The notes: generated by a model from the sequence alone, not told the origin. A stretch of DNA of 64,000 nt from Cyanobacteriota bacterium (GCA_035284785.1 JAYKHK010000024.1:2573-66572); one strand, 5' to 3'. Positions 33,130 through 44,547 are shown, counted from the stretch's first letter. Numbers and translations: made by a program.

Positions 33130-33381
33130 GTGCTTGCTTCGCGCTCCGTGCAGACTCCCACCCCCCAGTCTCAACAAGCCCCCGTGCTCACTTTTGAGGG
33201 GAAGCGGTATGACCTCAACTCCTTACCCGATGACATCAAAGAACTGGTCAGGGGAATGCAGGTGGCTGATGCTCAATTGCGCTTCCATCAAGACACAGTG
33301 AATGTACTGATGGTCGGTCGTCAGTCGATGGCCATGCAGCTCAACGAACGACTCAAAAATGTGGAATCATTGCCAGATTGA
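33130..33381 (+). CDS. Small conserved protein (DUF6447-like)
   Basis: PVLTFEGKRYDLNSLP...QVADAQLR. Confidence 0.75.
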   Translation: MLASRSVQTPTPQSQQAPVLTFEGKRYDLNSLPDDIKELVRGMQVADAQLRFHQDTVNVLMVGRQSMAMQLNERLKNVESLPD

Positions 33382-33401
33382 TCATTGTTGAATCGATCGG
33401 C

Positions 33402-35414
33402 TCAGAGAGCAGGGCTGAGTTGTGGGTATCGCTGAACCAGTTTGCTGAAGAGATAATTGGCATAATAATCCCTGAAATGAGCTTCGTCTTTGTAATGGGT
33501 TGCCTGGCAATTCTCCAATCCACAGCTTGAAGAATCGACCCCGTCCCAAACTATTCTTTGCGAACCATCCGCCCAATCTTTGAGTTGTTTGTATTCAATT
33601 AGACGGGTTTGCAAATAGGGTTGGGTGGGAAATCTGCAATTGGGGTCGGGCTTCGTCTTGAACCATTGTGGAAAACAGTAGCCTTCGATAGCCCCTTGCA
33701 AGCCGTCAAAGCGAGGCCCATTGAGATAGAGCACAACCGTTGCGCCTCTGCTGACCAAGCTCTCCGCAACATCGATGAGGCGTTGCAGATAGGCCGCGCG
33801 GGCGCTCTCTAGTGTTCCTGAAACGGCTTTAGTCTCTTTACTGAAATAGGTGGTGAGATAGCTGCCAATAAAGACAATATCGCCTGGTTTCACCGCTGAT
33901 TGAAGTGTTTTTGCTGCGGTCTGTTGAGCCTTCTGGCACTCTTCTGAGATAGCCCTGTCATGGCCTTTCACTCCGCTGAGAGCGGGAAATGCACAGGCGT
34001 TGCCCCAAAGCCCGTGGAAGCCGAAGTTGTGCTGGCTTGCAAAAGCTGAGATCGGTTTGGCAAATTGTTCGATCTGGCTATCACCTAAGACGTAAATTGT
34101 TGGACGACCTGGCGAGGCTTTTTTTCCACATTTCTCAGGAAAGTAGGTGCTGGCATTGCTGTCATCAAATAGATTGCAAATCGGATGTGTCGGTTGAGAA
34201 AGGCTGGTAAACTTGTTTTCGAGTTCGTTTTTTTGTCCGAGAAAGAGATTCTCTTGCCAGGCCTTAGCCATCCCAATCATGAATAAGGAGCTGGCTAAAG
34301 ACACCAGCAGGGAAAAAAGAATCGTGCCTGCACGGGTTGGGGGCCAGCTCGCGTGCCTAAGGGGGCTTTCCACATAACGATAGGAGAGCCAGGCGAGAAG
34401 AAACACCAGCAGGAGTTGGAAGGGAATGGTCTCTGGATGGATTCCCACAGTCCATCTGCTCAACGCCAGGACGGGCCAGTGCCACAGATAAAGAGAGTAG
34501 GAAAGCAGGCCGATAAAAACAAGTTTGCGCCAGCTCAACAGCCGATGGGCAGCGCTGCTTGGATGAACGCTTAAAATTAAAAAGGATGTGAGGACGATGC
34601 AGAGAATGGTGGCCGATACAGCCTGATCAAGCGGGAAGAAAAGTGTGCCAATCAATGCCCCCAGCAGAGGGAGCGGGGGGAGGCGGAAGGGAAGGGAGGC
34701 CTGCCTTTGTGCCACCAAACTGATCAAACAGCCACTGGCGAGTTCCCAGAAGCGACTGGTGATCAGAAAGTAAGCATGGGGTTGGCTACGCGGATAGAGG
34801 AATACAAAGCTGATCAGGGAGATCAGCAACAGGGGGATGAGCAGCAGGGCAAGTCGGCGAGGCCCCCTCGGTGAGCCACGGCCAAGCCCGCTCCACCAGG
34901 CCAGAAGAGGGAAGAGGAAGTAAAACTGCTCTTCAATCCCGAGCGACCAAGTATGCAGGAAAATATTGAGCTCCGCAGAGGCTGCAAAATAATCGGTCAA
35001 ACGTGTGACCAAGTAAACATTTGAGAAACCAAAAATAGCCGTAATCCCAGTGATCAATGATGTACCTGGATTGGGATCAAACAGGCTGATCAAAACACTG
35101 CTCACCAAGATCATCACAAGCAGCGCCGGCAGAATCCGCCGCAGTCTCCTGGCATAAAAGCCAAGAATGAAATCGCTGAATCCCTTGGCAGAGTGCCTGC
35201 TCAGGGAAGTGGTGATGACAAAGCCTGAGATGACAAAGAAGATGTCAACTCCTAAATAGCCGCTGGGGAGTAGATTCTTGTTGAAATGATTGATAATCAC
35301 CGCGATGACAGCGATGGCTCTTAATCCGTCAACATCGGGTCGATATTTCGAAGTCGTCGTGGCAGCCGTATCGCGTTCAGGCGTAGCAAGTTGAGCCATA
35401 TCGTTGTTCGTCAA
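33402..35414 (-). CDS. Acyltransferase-3/SGNH O-acetyltransferase (OafA/OatA-like)
   Basis: RPDVDGLRAIAV, GVDIFFVISGF, HTWSLGIEEQFY, GDSQ, DEAH. Confidence 0.93.
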   Translation of the reverse strand: MTNNDMAQLATPERDTAATTTSKYRPDVDGLRAIAVIAVIINHFNKNLLPSGYLGVDIFFVISGFVITTSLSRHSAKGFSDFILGFYARRLRRILPALLVMILVSSVLISLFDPNPGTSLITGITAIFGFSNVYLVTRLTDYFAASAELNIFLHTWSLGIEEQFYFLFPLLAWWSGLGRGSPRGPRRLALLLIPLLLISLISFVFLYPRSQPHAYFLITSRFWELASGCLISLVAQRQASLPFRLPPLPLLGALIGTLFFPLDQAVSATILCIVLTSFLILSVHPSSAAHRLLSWRKLVFIGLLSYSLYLWHWPVLALSRWTVGIHPETIPFQLLLVFLLAWLSYRYVESPLRHASWPPTRAGTILFSLLVSLASSLFMIGMAKAWQENLFLGQKNELENKFTSLSQPTHPICNLFDDSNASTYFPEKCGKKASPGRPTIYVLGDSQIEQFAKPISAFASQHNFGFHGLWGNACAFPALSGVKGHDRAISEECQKAQQTAAKTLQSAVKPGDIVFIGSYLTTYFSKETKAVSGTLESARAAYLQRLIDVAESLVSRGATVVLYLNGPRFDGLQGAIEGYCFPQWFKTKPDPNCRFPTQPYLQTRLIEYKQLKDWADGSQRIVWDGVDSSSCGLENCQATHYKDEAHFRDYYANYLFSKLVQRYPQLSPAL

Positions 35415-35461
35415 GAGGGTGAATTGATATAGATTATGATGGATTCTTGTTTGGATTGGCT

Positions 35462-36142
35462 TTAGCCAGGCAGCTGTTCGAGCGGTTCAAGCTGTTCAAA
35501 GCGGAACACCTGTTCGGATAAAATGCCTTCGGAGTCTTTGCTTTGCACCACCCGCTTGCAGAGGACCCAGGGGCCTTCGCCGCCGAGGGGGGTAAAGGTG
35601 TCCTCAAAGCTGGTTTCCTGGCCCAGGGGCGCGCCAGTGGCGGGGTCGCTATAGCGGCTGGTGTAGGTGTGGCTCAGGTAGCCCTGGCCGGTTTCCGTGA
35701 TGCTTTTGGTGAAGATCGTCACGACAGTGCCATGGATGTGCCGGTGCACCATGGTGACGACGTTGTCTTTGATGCGGTAGCGATCTCCGGCGCTCTTGCC
35801 GCCCACAACCACCTCTGTGCCTACGGCATCGGTGTCGCCAGCGCTGAAGGTGTTCTGCCCATGGGTCTGCTCAAAACTGCGTCGCACTCTGTGGATCGCC
35901 ACCTCCCAGAGTTGGGAAGCGATGGCCTTGTGAACCTCAGGATCATCGATCCCCTCAACGCTGGCCTTGAGATCCGCTCCGACGGTGAAGCTGCCTTCCA
36001 CACGGCGTCCATCTTGTTCCCAAAGGCAGTGACCCCGATAGCCAGGGAAGCCAGGATCCCAGGTGTAGCGGTTTTCATAGGCTGCCCGGAAGGCGCTGGT
36101 GAGATCAGTGCCAGCCGGAGGCGCCTCAAGGGTCTGAGACAT
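35462..36142 (-). CDS. DUF3386 family protein
   Basis: FRAAYENRYTWD, WEVAIHRVRRSFEQTHG. Confidence 0.88.
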   Translation of the reverse strand: MSQTLEAPPAGTDLTSAFRAAYENRYTWDPGFPGYRGHCLWEQDGRRVEGSFTVGADLKASVEGIDDPEVHKAIASQLWEVAIHRVRRSFEQTHGQNTFSAGDTDAVGTEVVVGGKSAGDRYRIKDNVVTMVHRHIHGTVVTIFTKSITETGQGYLSHTYTSRYSDPATGAPLGQETSFEDTFTPLGGEGPWVLCKRVVQSKDSEGILSEQVFRFEQLEPLEQLPG

Positions 36143-36247
36143 GGGAAGGGAAATGACGCGAGGTCAACACCCTAAGAGTTGCGTGGCACATCCGACCAAC
36201 GATCAGAAAGCGCCTGCCCTTGTTTGTGCTTCAGCAAGTTCAGGCTG

Positions 36248-36946
36248 TTAAAGCAGGCCGCGGCGCTCCAGCGGTTGCAAGCTCGTCAACTGGAGCCCGC
36301 CATCGGCGGTCTCAGCAACCTCCCCCCTCCGGCGAAGATTGCTGAGGATGCGGGAAGCGGTTTCCCTGGCCAGGCCGGAGAGATTCGCCAGCTCCCGGTG
36401 GGGGATGGGGGGGATGGCGGCCGTGGGAGGAGCATCCGGAAATGTTTTGCAGGCGATCTCTGCCAGCGTGGCCAACATCCTGCTGCTCGCGTCGGCTCCG
36501 CGCAGGCTGAAGCGCTTGTTGAGATCCCGCAACCGTTGGGCTTGGAGCTTGGCCAGAGAGATGGCGAGACCAGGATTGCTGTGCAGCAGATTTGTAAACG
36601 ATCCCCCCCGCATGATGACAAGCGAGCAGGGTGTCAAGGTGATCACATCAGCCGAGCGCAATCCCTTGGGGTTGAGGCTGGCCATTTCCCCACACACTTC
36701 ACCGGGACCCAGCAGAGCCAGAACGGTTTCCTCCCCGTCCATGCCCATGCAGCGCACTTTCATCAGCCCAGAGCGCAGCAGGAAGAGTCCCTGGGATTCT
36801 TCCTGCTCGAGAATGAGCTGTTGGTCCTTTTCAAGACTGAGGAGCCGGTGATTTTCGAGCAGTCTCCGATGCTGTTCTCCGTCCAGGTTGGCGAAGAGGG
36901 GCACAAGAGCCAGCTCGCCTGGCTGGATCGGCAGGTTCGGGGACAT
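36248..36946 (-). CDS. Crp/Fnr family transcription regulator
   Basis: GEMASL...RSADV cNMP-binding cassette; HTH ELANLSGLARETASR; start set at MSPNL. Confidence 0.92.
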   Translation of the reverse strand: MSPNLPIQPGELALVPLFANLDGEQHRRLLENHRLLSLEKDQQLILEQEESQGLFLLRSGLMKVRCMGMDGEETVLALLGPGEVCGEMASLNPKGLRSADVITLTPCSLVIMRGGSFTNLLHSNPGLAISLAKLQAQRLRDLNKRFSLRGADASSRMLATLAEIACKTFPDAPPTAAIPPIPHRELANLSGLARETASRILSNLRRRGEVAETADGGLQLTSLQPLERRGLL

Positions 36947-37253
36947 GAAGCCAGTGACCGGGGCGAGTTTGGGGGGCTTCTTCGAATGGGACTGACAAAG
37001 CTTCACCGTATTCACAAGCCAAACCTCCCCAGCAACAACGGGACGGAAGTCTGGGCGTGGGATCCCGGACGGTAGCTGGCACAGGAGATGGCTCTGCTGC
37101 GGTTCACCGCAACCATGGGCTTGGCGAGCTTCGAACGGAGCACCATCGGAAGCATCGGAAACCTCAGCGCGAGGGATTGAGCCATTGCCTGCTGGGTGGT
37201 CGTAAGACTCCCAGCAACTTAATGACAATGTGAACCATCCCGGATCGGCGCTT

Positions 37254-37269
37254 GGTGACCTAGATCACA
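37254..37269. promoter_or_regulatory. CRP-type binding site
   Basis: Minus strand reads aaaaTGTGATCTAGGTCACC, matching TGTGA-N6-TCACA with one mismatch. Confidence 0.7.
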
Positions 37270-37317
37270 TTTTGACTTGTCCCGGGCGGAAGAGGAGCCC
37301 CATCTTGATGCCTCCCT

Positions 37318-40300
37318 TCAGCGATGCTGTCTCCATGGGGCATGGATGTCCTGGAGGGCGGTGACTTCCACGGTGCGGTGTTCCTGCAGCGCAGCGATTC
37401 CCTCGACGGCAGCGCGGGCACCAGCCAGGGTGGTGACGGTGGGCACGTCGTAGTCGAGGGCGGCCCGCCGCAGATCCCGATCATCGTGGGCGGCTTGGCG
37501 GCCGACAGGGGTGTTGATCACCAGCTGGATGGCGCCTGAGCGGATCGCATCCTCAATGTTGGGCCGTCCTTCATGCACCTTCAGGATCGACTCCACTTCG
37601 AGGCCTGAGGCCCGAAGCACCTCGGCGGTGCCGGCGGTGGCCACCAGTGCGAATCCCTTGCGTGCCAGCTCACGGGCCACGGGCACCAACGCCGGCTTGT
37701 CGCGGTCATGGGTGGACAGGAAGACCGTGCCGGAGGTGGGAAGGGCTTCTCCCGCCGCCTGCTCCGCCTTGGCATAGGCCAATCCGAAGCTGGAGGCGAT
37801 GCCCATCACCTCGCCTGTGGAGCGCATCTCCGGCCCAAGCAGGGTGTCGGAGCCAGGAAAACGCTGAAAGGGGAGCACGGCCTCCTTCACGGTTTGCCTT
37901 GGCGGTTGGGGTTCGCTGTGCAAGCCAAGTTCAGCCAAGGTGGCTCCCGCCATCACCTGGCTGGCGATTTTTGCTAAGGGCACGCCTGTGGCCTTCGCCA
38001 CAAACGGAACGGTGCGCGAGGCGCGCGGGTTGGCCTCGAGAATGTAAACAAGGCCATTCTGGATGGCGAATTGCAAATTCATCAGGCCACGCACCTCCAG
38101 GGCGTGGGCCAGGTCTGCGCTCCAGCCCCGGATGGTGGCCAAGCACTCCGGCGGCAAACTCACCGCGGGCAGGCTGCAGGCTGAATCACCGGAATGCACC
38201 CCCGCCGGCTCAATGTGCTCAAGGAGCCCGCCAATCACCACCGTGTTGGTGTGATCACAGAGGGCATCCACATCCACCTCGATGGCGTTCTCCAGGAATT
38301 GGTCGATCAATACAGGATGATCCGGCTCCACATTCACCGCTTCCGCCATGTAGCGGTTCAGTTCCGCCTCGTCGTAGACCACCTCCATGGCCCTCCCCCC
38401 AAGCACGTAGCTGGGTCGAACCACGACGGGATAGCCCACCCGCTCCGCCACCTGGCGCGCTTCGCTCTCGCTGCGCGCCAGGCCATTGCGGGGCTGGCGA
38501 ATCTCCAGCCGCTCCAAAATCTCTTGAAACTGCTCCCTGTCCTCCGCCCGATCAATGGAGATCGGTGACGTGCCCCAAAGGCGGGTGCCGCTGGCCAGAC
38601 CCTCGGGGCTCTGCAGCCAGCGCATCAGGGGGATGGCCAATTTCAGCGGTGTTTGGCCTCCGAATTGCACGATCAGCCCTTCGGGCTGTTCGGCCTCGAT
38701 CACATTGAGCACATCCTCCAAGGTGAGAGGCTCGAAGTAGAGCCTGTCGCTGGTGTCGTAGTCGGTGGAAACCGTTTCGGGATTGCTATTCACCATCACC
38801 GTGGCGAAGCCCGCATCCCGCACGGCGAAGGAGGCATGGCAGCAGCAGTAGTCAAATTCAATGCCTTGGCCGATGCGATTGGGCCCGCCGCCAAGGATCA
38901 TCACCTTGCGCCGCTGCTCGGGTTGCACCTCGTCAGCCGGTGCTTGGCGCACCATGGTGCCGTCATCCTTGAGGACCCAAAGGGGTCTTTCGTAGGTGGA
39001 GTAGTGGTAGGGGGTGGTGGAGGCGAATTCCGCCGCACAGGTATCCACGGTCTTGAACACCACCTGCACCCCCAAAGCCTGGCGGTGGCGCCGCACCGTG
39101 AGCTCATCGCTGCCGAGGGACCAGGCCAGTTGCCGATCAGAGAACCCCAATTGCTTGAGTCTCAAAAGGTCAGGCGCCTCCAGATCAGCCAGGGCGCGCC
39201 CGACCAGAAGCCGCTGCTCAGCCTCCAGCAGGCTCCGCAGCTTGGCCAGGAACCATGGGTCAATGCTGCTCAGCTGGTGGATCTCCGCGTCGCTGCGGCC
39301 GGCACGCATGGCCCAGCGCACGGCCAAGATCCGATCCGGTGAGGGCACACGCAGCAGCCGATCGAGATCTCCGGGCGTTGGCAGGGGGTCCTCCCTGTCT
39401 CCACCCCAACCAGCCAGCCCCGTTTCCAGTGACCGCAGCGCTTTTTGGAAAGATTCCTCAAAACAACGGCCGATGGCCATGGCTTCGCCCACCGATTTCA
39501 TCGAGGTGGTGAGCACGGGGGGCGAGCCGCGGAACTTCTCGAAGGCAAAGCGGGGAATCTTGGTCACCACATAGTCAATGGTGGGTTCAAAACAGGCGGG
39601 TGTGGCCCCGGTGATGTCGTTGATGATTTCATCAAGGCTGTAACCAACGGCTAGACGGGCGGCGATCTTGGCGATGGGAAACCCTGTGGCCTTGCTGGCC
39701 AAAGCGGAGGAGCGGGAGACGCGGGGGTTCATCTCAATCACCACCACTTCACCGTCTGCCGGGTTGATGGCAAATTGAATGTTGCTGCCGCCGGTATCCA
39801 CACCGATCTCCCGGATGATGGCAATGGACTGATCTCGGAGGCGCTGGTATTCGCGGTCAGTGAGGGTCTGGGCGGGAGCCACCGTGATCGAATCCCCGGT
39901 GTGCACACCCATCGGATCAAGATTTTCGATCGAGCAAACAATCACAACGTTGTCTGCGTTGTCACGCATCACCTCGAGCTCAAATTCCTTCCAGCCGAGC
40001 AGGGATTGCTCGATGAGGATCTGCGACACCGGCGAGGCCTCCAGACCGCTTTTGCAAATTGCGCGAAACTCTTCCGGGTTGTAAGCAATTCCCCCCCCAG
40101 ATCCGCCCAGGGTGAAGGCTGGCCGGATCACCCGGGGGTAGGTGCCGATGGCCTCCCCCACGGCCTCCGCCTCCTCCAGGCTGTTGGCGATGCCTGAAGG
40201 ACACACCGAGACGCCGATGCGCTCCATGGCCTCCTTGAACAGCAAGCGATCTTCCGCCTTGCGGATGGCCTCGAGATTGGCGCCGATCAGCTCCACCCCG

Positions 40301-40632
40301 AACCTGGCCAAGGTGCCGTTTTCCGCCAGGGCCACCGCCAGGTTGAGGGCTGTTTGCCCTCCCATGGTGGGCAGGAGGGCGTCGGGTCGCTCCCGTTCGA
40401 TCACCCGGGCCACCACCTCGGGGGTGAGGGGTTCGATGTATGTGCGGTCCGCCAGATCCGGATCCGTCATGATCGAGGCGGGGTTGGAGTTCACCAGTAC
40501 CACCTCGAAGCCCTCCGCGCGCAGGGCCTTGCACGCCTGGGTGCCGGAATAGTCGAACTCGCAGGCCTGGCCAATCACGATCGGCCCTGAGCCCAGCAGC
40601 AGGATGCGACGCAAATCCGTGCGGCGGGGCAT
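37318..40632 (-). CDS. carB: Carbamoyl-phosphate synthase large subunit
   Basis: [40 protein letters not shown]-terminal MGS domain. Confidence 0.98.
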   Translation of the reverse strand: MPRRTDLRRILLLGSGPIVIGQACEFDYSGTQACKALRAEGFEVVLVNSNPASIMTDPDLADRTYIEPLTPEVVARVIERERPDALLPTMGGQTALNLAVALAENGTLARFGVELIGANLEAIRKAEDRLLFKEAMERIGVSVCPSGIANSLEEAEAVGEAIGTYPRVIRPAFTLGGSGGGIAYNPEEFRAICKSGLEASPVSQILIEQSLLGWKEFELEVMRDNADNVVIVCSIENLDPMGVHTGDSITVAPAQTLTDREYQRLRDQSIAIIREIGVDTGGSNIQFAINPADGEVVVIEMNPRVSRSSALASKATGFPIAKIAARLAVGYSLDEIINDITGATPACFEPTIDYVVTKIPRFAFEKFRGSPPVLTTSMKSVGEAMAIGRCFEESFQKALRSLETGLAGWGGDREDPLPTPGDLDRLLRVPSPDRILAVRWAMRAGRSDAEIHQLSSIDPWFLAKLRSLLEAEQRLLVGRALADLEAPDLLRLKQLGFSDRQLAWSLGSDELTVRRHRQALGVQVVFKTVDTCAAEFASTTPYHYSTYERPLWVLKDDGTMVRQAPADEVQPEQRRKVMILGGGPNRIGQGIEFDYCCCHASFAVRDAGFATVMVNSNPETVSTDYDTSDRLYFEPLTLEDVLNVIEAEQPEGLIVQFGGQTPLKLAIPLMRWLQSPEGLASGTRLWGTSPISIDRAEDREQFQEILERLEIRQPRNGLARSESEARQVAERVGYPVVVRPSYVLGGRAMEVVYDEAELNRYMAEAVNVEPDHPVLIDQFLENAIEVDVDALCDHTNTVVIGGLLEHIEPAGVHSGDSACSLPAVSLPPECLATIRGWSADLAHALEVRGLMNLQFAIQNGLVYILEANPRASRTVPFVAKATGVPLAKIASQVMAGATLAELGLHSEPQPPRQTVKEAVLPFQRFPGSDTLLGPEMRSTGEVMGIASSFGLAYAKAEQAAGEALPTSGTVFLSTHDRDKPALVPVARELARKGFALVATAGTAEVLRASGLEVESILKVHEGRPNIEDAIRSGAIQLVINTPVGRQAAHDDRDLRRAALDYDVPTVTTLAGARAAVEGIAALQEHRTVEVTALQDIHAPWRQHR

Positions 40633-40760
40633 GGGGTGCGAGAGGCCAAAACTGTCCCAGCCTCTCATGATGCGTGCGGCTATCCCCTCCCCGGGCCATC
40701 CCCTCTGTCCGAAGAGATCGCTAATCTGATCGGTGTTCCCAGACCAACACCCAGCCGCCG

Positions 40761-41396
40761 ATGAGCGAACTCCAGCGCCTGAAGGGGCTGCTTCCCCCGG
40801 AAATGCAAAGCTGGGTGTTCGTGGAAGCTGCCGCTTCGGTCGATCCCCCGCTGATCACCCTCGAAGAGATCGGCCGGGATGAGGTGGAAATCCAGGTCGA
40901 CCTGGAGAAATGGGACAAGCTGGCCCTCGACCACCGCAATCTCCTGTTCTGGCATGAGGTGGGTCGGATCCAAAACGATGCGATCCCGCGGGATGGCTGG
41001 GAAATGGCTGCTCTCGCCATCGGCCTTGGTGGGGCGATCGGGGAGCTTTGGGTGCAAGACGGCTTGCTGCTGCTTGTGGCCACGGGACTCTCAGGCTTCG
41101 CGGGGTATCGGCTTTACCTCAAAAACAACTCCGAAAAGCGCTTGCAGGACGCCATCCAAGCCGACGAGCGAGCAATCGAATTGGCTTGCCGCTTCGGCTA
41201 CACCGTGCCCAATGCCTACAAGAGCCTTGGCGGGGCCCTCAAGGAGCTGGTGGAGCAGAGCCGCAAGAAACGCAAACGGGCCTTCTACGAAGATCGTCTT
41301 GAGGCCCTGCGCAAAAGTGCGGGCAAGGCGCGGGCAGAAATGGCCCAGCAGCAGGGCTCCAGGCAATCCCTGAGCAGCGAGAACGTCTATGGCTGA
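40761..41396 (+). CDS. DUF3318 family protein
   Basis: [19 protein letters not shown]; carB-rsfS context. Confidence 0.85.
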   Translation: MSELQRLKGLLPPEMQSWVFVEAAASVDPPLITLEEIGRDEVEIQVDLEKWDKLALDHRNLLFWHEVGRIQNDAIPRDGWEMAALAIGLGGAIGELWVQDGLLLLVATGLSGFAGYRLYLKNNSEKRLQDAIQADERAIELACRFGYTVPNAYKSLGGALKELVEQSRKKRKRAFYEDRLEALRKSAGKARAEMAQQQGSRQSLSSENVYG

Positions 41397-41787
41397 GCTG
41401 ACCAGTGAGGCGCTCGCCAGGCTGGCGGCAGAAGCTTGCGACGATCGCAAAGCCGTGGACATCCGTTTGATTCGGGTGGATGACATCTCCTCCCTGGCCG
41501 ATTGGTTTGTGATTTGCAGTGGCCTCTCCGATGTGCAGGTCCGAGCCATTGCTCGCTCGGTGGAAGAGCGGCTTGAGCTGGAAGCCCACCGCCTGCCCCT
41601 GCGGCGTGAAGGGCAGATGGAAGGCCGTTGGGTCCTGCTGGATTACGGGGAGCTGATCGTTCATGTGCTCACGCCCCAGGAACGCCACTTTTACGATTTG
41701 GAATCGTTCTGGGGTCATGGCGAGCAACACCGCTACATTCCCGCGGTCCCACCGGCCACCATGGCGTCTCCCCTTCTGCCCTCTTAA
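41389..41787 (+). CDS. rsfS: Ribosome silencing factor
   Basis: DDRKAVDI, ADWFVICSG, WVLLDYG, RHFYDLESFW. Confidence 0.95.
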   Translation: MAELTSEALARLAAEACDDRKAVDIRLIRVDDISSLADWFVICSGLSDVQVRAIARSVEERLELEAHRLPLRREGQMEGRWVLLDYGELIVHVLTPQERHFYDLESFWGHGEQHRYIPAVPPATMASPLLPS

Positions 41788-41796
41788 CCACCAGGT

Positions 41797-42336
41797 GTGA
41801 ACCAGCCTCCTTCCCTGCCTTCTGGCCCCGGGGCTGATGCCGCCGAGCCAACCATCGCCTGCCCAGTGGCGAAGGAGCAACGTCCCCTGGAGGAATACAA
41901 GCAGCTCGAACGCTCCTGGTTTTTTTCCTGGCCCGCTCGCGGAACGGCGGTGTTGATCCGCTCCCTGCTGCTGGCCTGGCTTGGCATGTTGCCGCTTGCT
42001 CTTGTTGTCTCCAGTGGCAGCTGGAGCTTGAAGGATCACCACCTGGGGATTGCGGCAGCGGCTTTCACCTTCAGCCTCGGCTTGCCCCTGATCTTGTTGC
42101 TGCGCCAGTGGCTGGGTTGGTCCTATGTCAAGCGTCGTCTGATCTCCGAGAAGGTGGAGTATGAGGAATCCGGTTGGTACGACGGCCAGGTGTGGGAAAA
42201 GCCCTTGGCCTGGCGACAGCAGGATCTCCTGGTGGCCCGCCATCAGGTGGGTCCGGTGCTCCAGAAGCTGCGGCAAGGCATTCTTTGGATCTTGCTGTTG
42301 ATGGGGGTCGGAACGGGCCTCTGTCAGGCTCTCTGA
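41797..42336 (+). CDS. ycf36: CGLD27/Ycf36 family protein
   Basis: CPVAKEQRPLEEY, YEESGWYDGQVWEKP. Confidence 0.92.
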   Translation: MNQPPSLPSGPGADAAEPTIACPVAKEQRPLEEYKQLERSWFFSWPARGTAVLIRSLLLAWLGMLPLALVVSSGSWSLKDHHLGIAAAAFTFSLGLPLILLLRQWLGWSYVKRRLISEKVEYEESGWYDGQVWEKPLAWRQQDLLVARHQVGPVLQKLRQGILWILLLMGVGTGLCQAL

Positions 42337-42378
42337 GATTCTTCATGCGGCCGTCCGCCAGAACCGCTTAGCGCCACT

Positions 42379-43347
42379 ATGTCCCTGTCGACCAGCTTTT
42401 CTGGGGCCAACCGCTCCCTGGTTTCACCCCTCAGGGTTCGCCTGCTACGGGATGGCATTCCGGAATCCACCCACCGGGTGCATGCCGTGGTTTGCGATCA
42501 GCGGGGTCGGGTGCTGATGCGGGCCGGCGATCCCCAGCTCCTGGCCTTTGTGCGCTCGGCCCTGAAGCCCTTTCAGGCCACGGTCTACGTGAGCAGTGGA
42601 GCGGCCGAGCGCTACGGGGCCGGTGAGCGGGGGTTGGCGATCGCCTGCGCCTCCCACGCCGGCACGACGGCCCACGCCAGGGAGGCCTTTCGCCTGCTGT
42701 GGGGAGCTCAGCTGGATGTGGAACACCTGCAATGTCCACCGCCAGCGGAAGGGCTGAGCCCCCTGCTCCACAATTGTTCGGGAAAGCACGCGGCGTTTCT
42801 CGCGGCGTGTCGCATGCTCCATTGGCCTTTGGAGAGCTATCTGCAGGTGGAACATCCCTTGCAGCAGGAGGTGTTGAAGCGCGTGGGGGAACTGCTGGCC
42901 CTTCCCTCGGCTGAGTTGGTGGCGGCCCGGGATGACTGTGGAGCGCCCACCTTGCAGCTGCAATTGGCCCAGATGGCCCTCCTCTTCGCCCATCTCGGCG
43001 CCGGAACCCAACCGGATCTGGAGCGGCTGAGCCGAGCCATGTTGGCCCATCCCGAGCTGGTGGCTGGAGAGGGGCGCTTTGACACGGAGCTGATGCGATT
43101 GGCCCACGGACAGGTGGTGAGCAAAGGCGGTGCCGAAGGAATTCAGTGCCTCAGTCGCGTCGGGGAAGGCCTCGGTGTGGCCATCAAAGTGGAGGATGGC
43201 CACACCCGCGCCAAGCATGCGGTGGCTCTGCACCTGTTGCGCCAGCTGGACTGGCTCACCCCGATGACCCTCGAAGAGCTCAGCGAGCGTTTCTTGCTTC
43301 CCGCCCCCCACTTGCAGTTGGAGGTGCAGGGGGAGCTGCGCGCCTGA
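42379..43347 (+). CDS. Asparaginase (Rhizobium-type, asparaginase_II)
   Basis: RSALKPFQA, ASHAG, HNCSGKH, DDCGAP, SKGGAEG. Confidence 0.92.
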   Translation: MSLSTSFSGANRSLVSPLRVRLLRDGIPESTHRVHAVVCDQRGRVLMRAGDPQLLAFVRSALKPFQATVYVSSGAAERYGAGERGLAIACASHAGTTAHAREAFRLLWGAQLDVEHLQCPPPAEGLSPLLHNCSGKHAAFLAACRMLHWPLESYLQVEHPLQQEVLKRVGELLALPSAELVAARDDCGAPTLQLQLAQMALLFAHLGAGTQPDLERLSRAMLAHPELVAGEGRFDTELMRLAHGQVVSKGGAEGIQCLSRVGEGLGVAIKVEDGHTRAKHAVALHLLRQLDWLTPMTLEELSERFLLPAPHLQLEVQGELRA

Positions 43348-43377
43348 TCCCGCCACCCTGGTACACTGATCTCACAA

Positions 43378-43454
<77 letters not shown>

Positions 43455-43490
43455 ACTTCAACACCAGGAAAGCCTGGTTGTCACATTCAT

Positions 43491-43517
43491 ACCCACCCGG
43501 CCCAGGGTGGGTTTTTT
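43491..43517 (+). terminator. Terminator after tRNA
   Basis: ACCCACCC...GGGTGGGT hairpin followed by T-run. Confidence 0.75.
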
Positions 43518-43574
43518 GTTGTTCTGACAAGGTTTCCTGCGCCGCCTTTTTTTCGGCGTCCTCTGGTTGGCCGC

Positions 43575-44438
43575 CTAGCTTTGTAAAGCTCTCTGATAAA
43601 ACTGATAGAGGCGGTTCATGTCCCAATAGGGAGTTGGTTCGTTATTGGTGAAACAGGCAGCGTGTTGGTAGGCGCGAAACAGGTCATCGTTCGCATCGAT
43701 CTGGGCAATCGCCTCAATGAGCTCCTCATTGGAGCTGTAGTCCATCGCATTGATGAAAGAGTGGGGTGAAAAATCAGCGGCCACCTCTGGATTGCCCCAA
43801 TAGATGGGGATGGCTCCAGCCAAAAGGGGATCAAGAATTTTCTCGGTGGTGTAGCCGACGGAACTTTCATTCTCAAAGGCTATGTTGAATTTGTAGTGTC
43901 GCAAGAATTTGATCTTGTTATCAACGGTGTACCCAGTATTGTTGAGCCAGCGCCCGGCTGAATCGACGTTCTTGAAGGCGTTGAGGGCATGGAAAAACTC
44001 ATTGCGTTTCTGAGGCTTGCCATTGCCAAAGATGAAGCTGCAAAAGCGATCTCTGGGCTCAGAGAAGGATTCCTCCTTGATGCGATCAAGCAGAATTTGA
44101 AGCATCGACTCCGTGCCCTCAGGCAGGCCTAGGCCGCGGGATTGATACCAGGCATGGTAGATGTAAACAGGAAGCCTGAAATTGCGGGGATCGTTTGTGA
44201 GGTCAAAGCTGATTGAGAAGTCGCATGCGCTGTAATCGGGTTGCACGTTTTCCCCGGTATAAAATATCTTTCGACAGTTGAATTTTTTATGGCGATCGCC
44301 GAAAACAGAATAGATGAGCACGTCCGGCCAAAGCTTGGTCAGTTTGTATCTGATCCCCGAGGCGTTGAGTGTATGAATAAAAAAGTTGTTTTTTGGATTG
44401 AAATCGGCCCAGAAATCTTCAAACCACAAACGTATCAT
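43575..44438 (-). CDS. Alpha-1,3-fucosyltransferase (GT10)
   Basis: FYTGEN, YKFNIAFEN, GYTTEKI, IPIYWG. Confidence 0.92.
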   Translation of the reverse strand: MIRLWFEDFWADFNPKNNFFIHTLNASGIRYKLTKLWPDVLIYSVFGDRHKKFNCRKIFYTGENVQPDYSACDFSISFDLTNDPRNFRLPVYIYHAWYQSRGLGLPEGTESMLQILLDRIKEESFSEPRDRFCSFIFGNGKPQKRNEFFHALNAFKNVDSAGRWLNNTGYTVDNKIKFLRHYKFNIAFENESSVGYTTEKILDPLLAGAIPIYWGNPEVAADFSPHSFINAMDYSSNEELIEAIAQIDANDDLFRAYQHAACFTNNEPTPYWDMNRLYQFYQRALQS

Positions 44439-44547
44439 ATTAATTGCTTGCCCAATTTGTCATTTAACTGTTGAGATCGTAAGTTGAGCTTGTCGGATCT
44501 GGCAAGATCTGGCTCGTTCCGGTGCATGGATGGCTTCACACGCGCGC

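Noticed and set aside
36947-37228. In-frame N-terminal extension of the Crp protein
   Set aside because: No domain-like sequence; a typical Crp length fits a start at 36946
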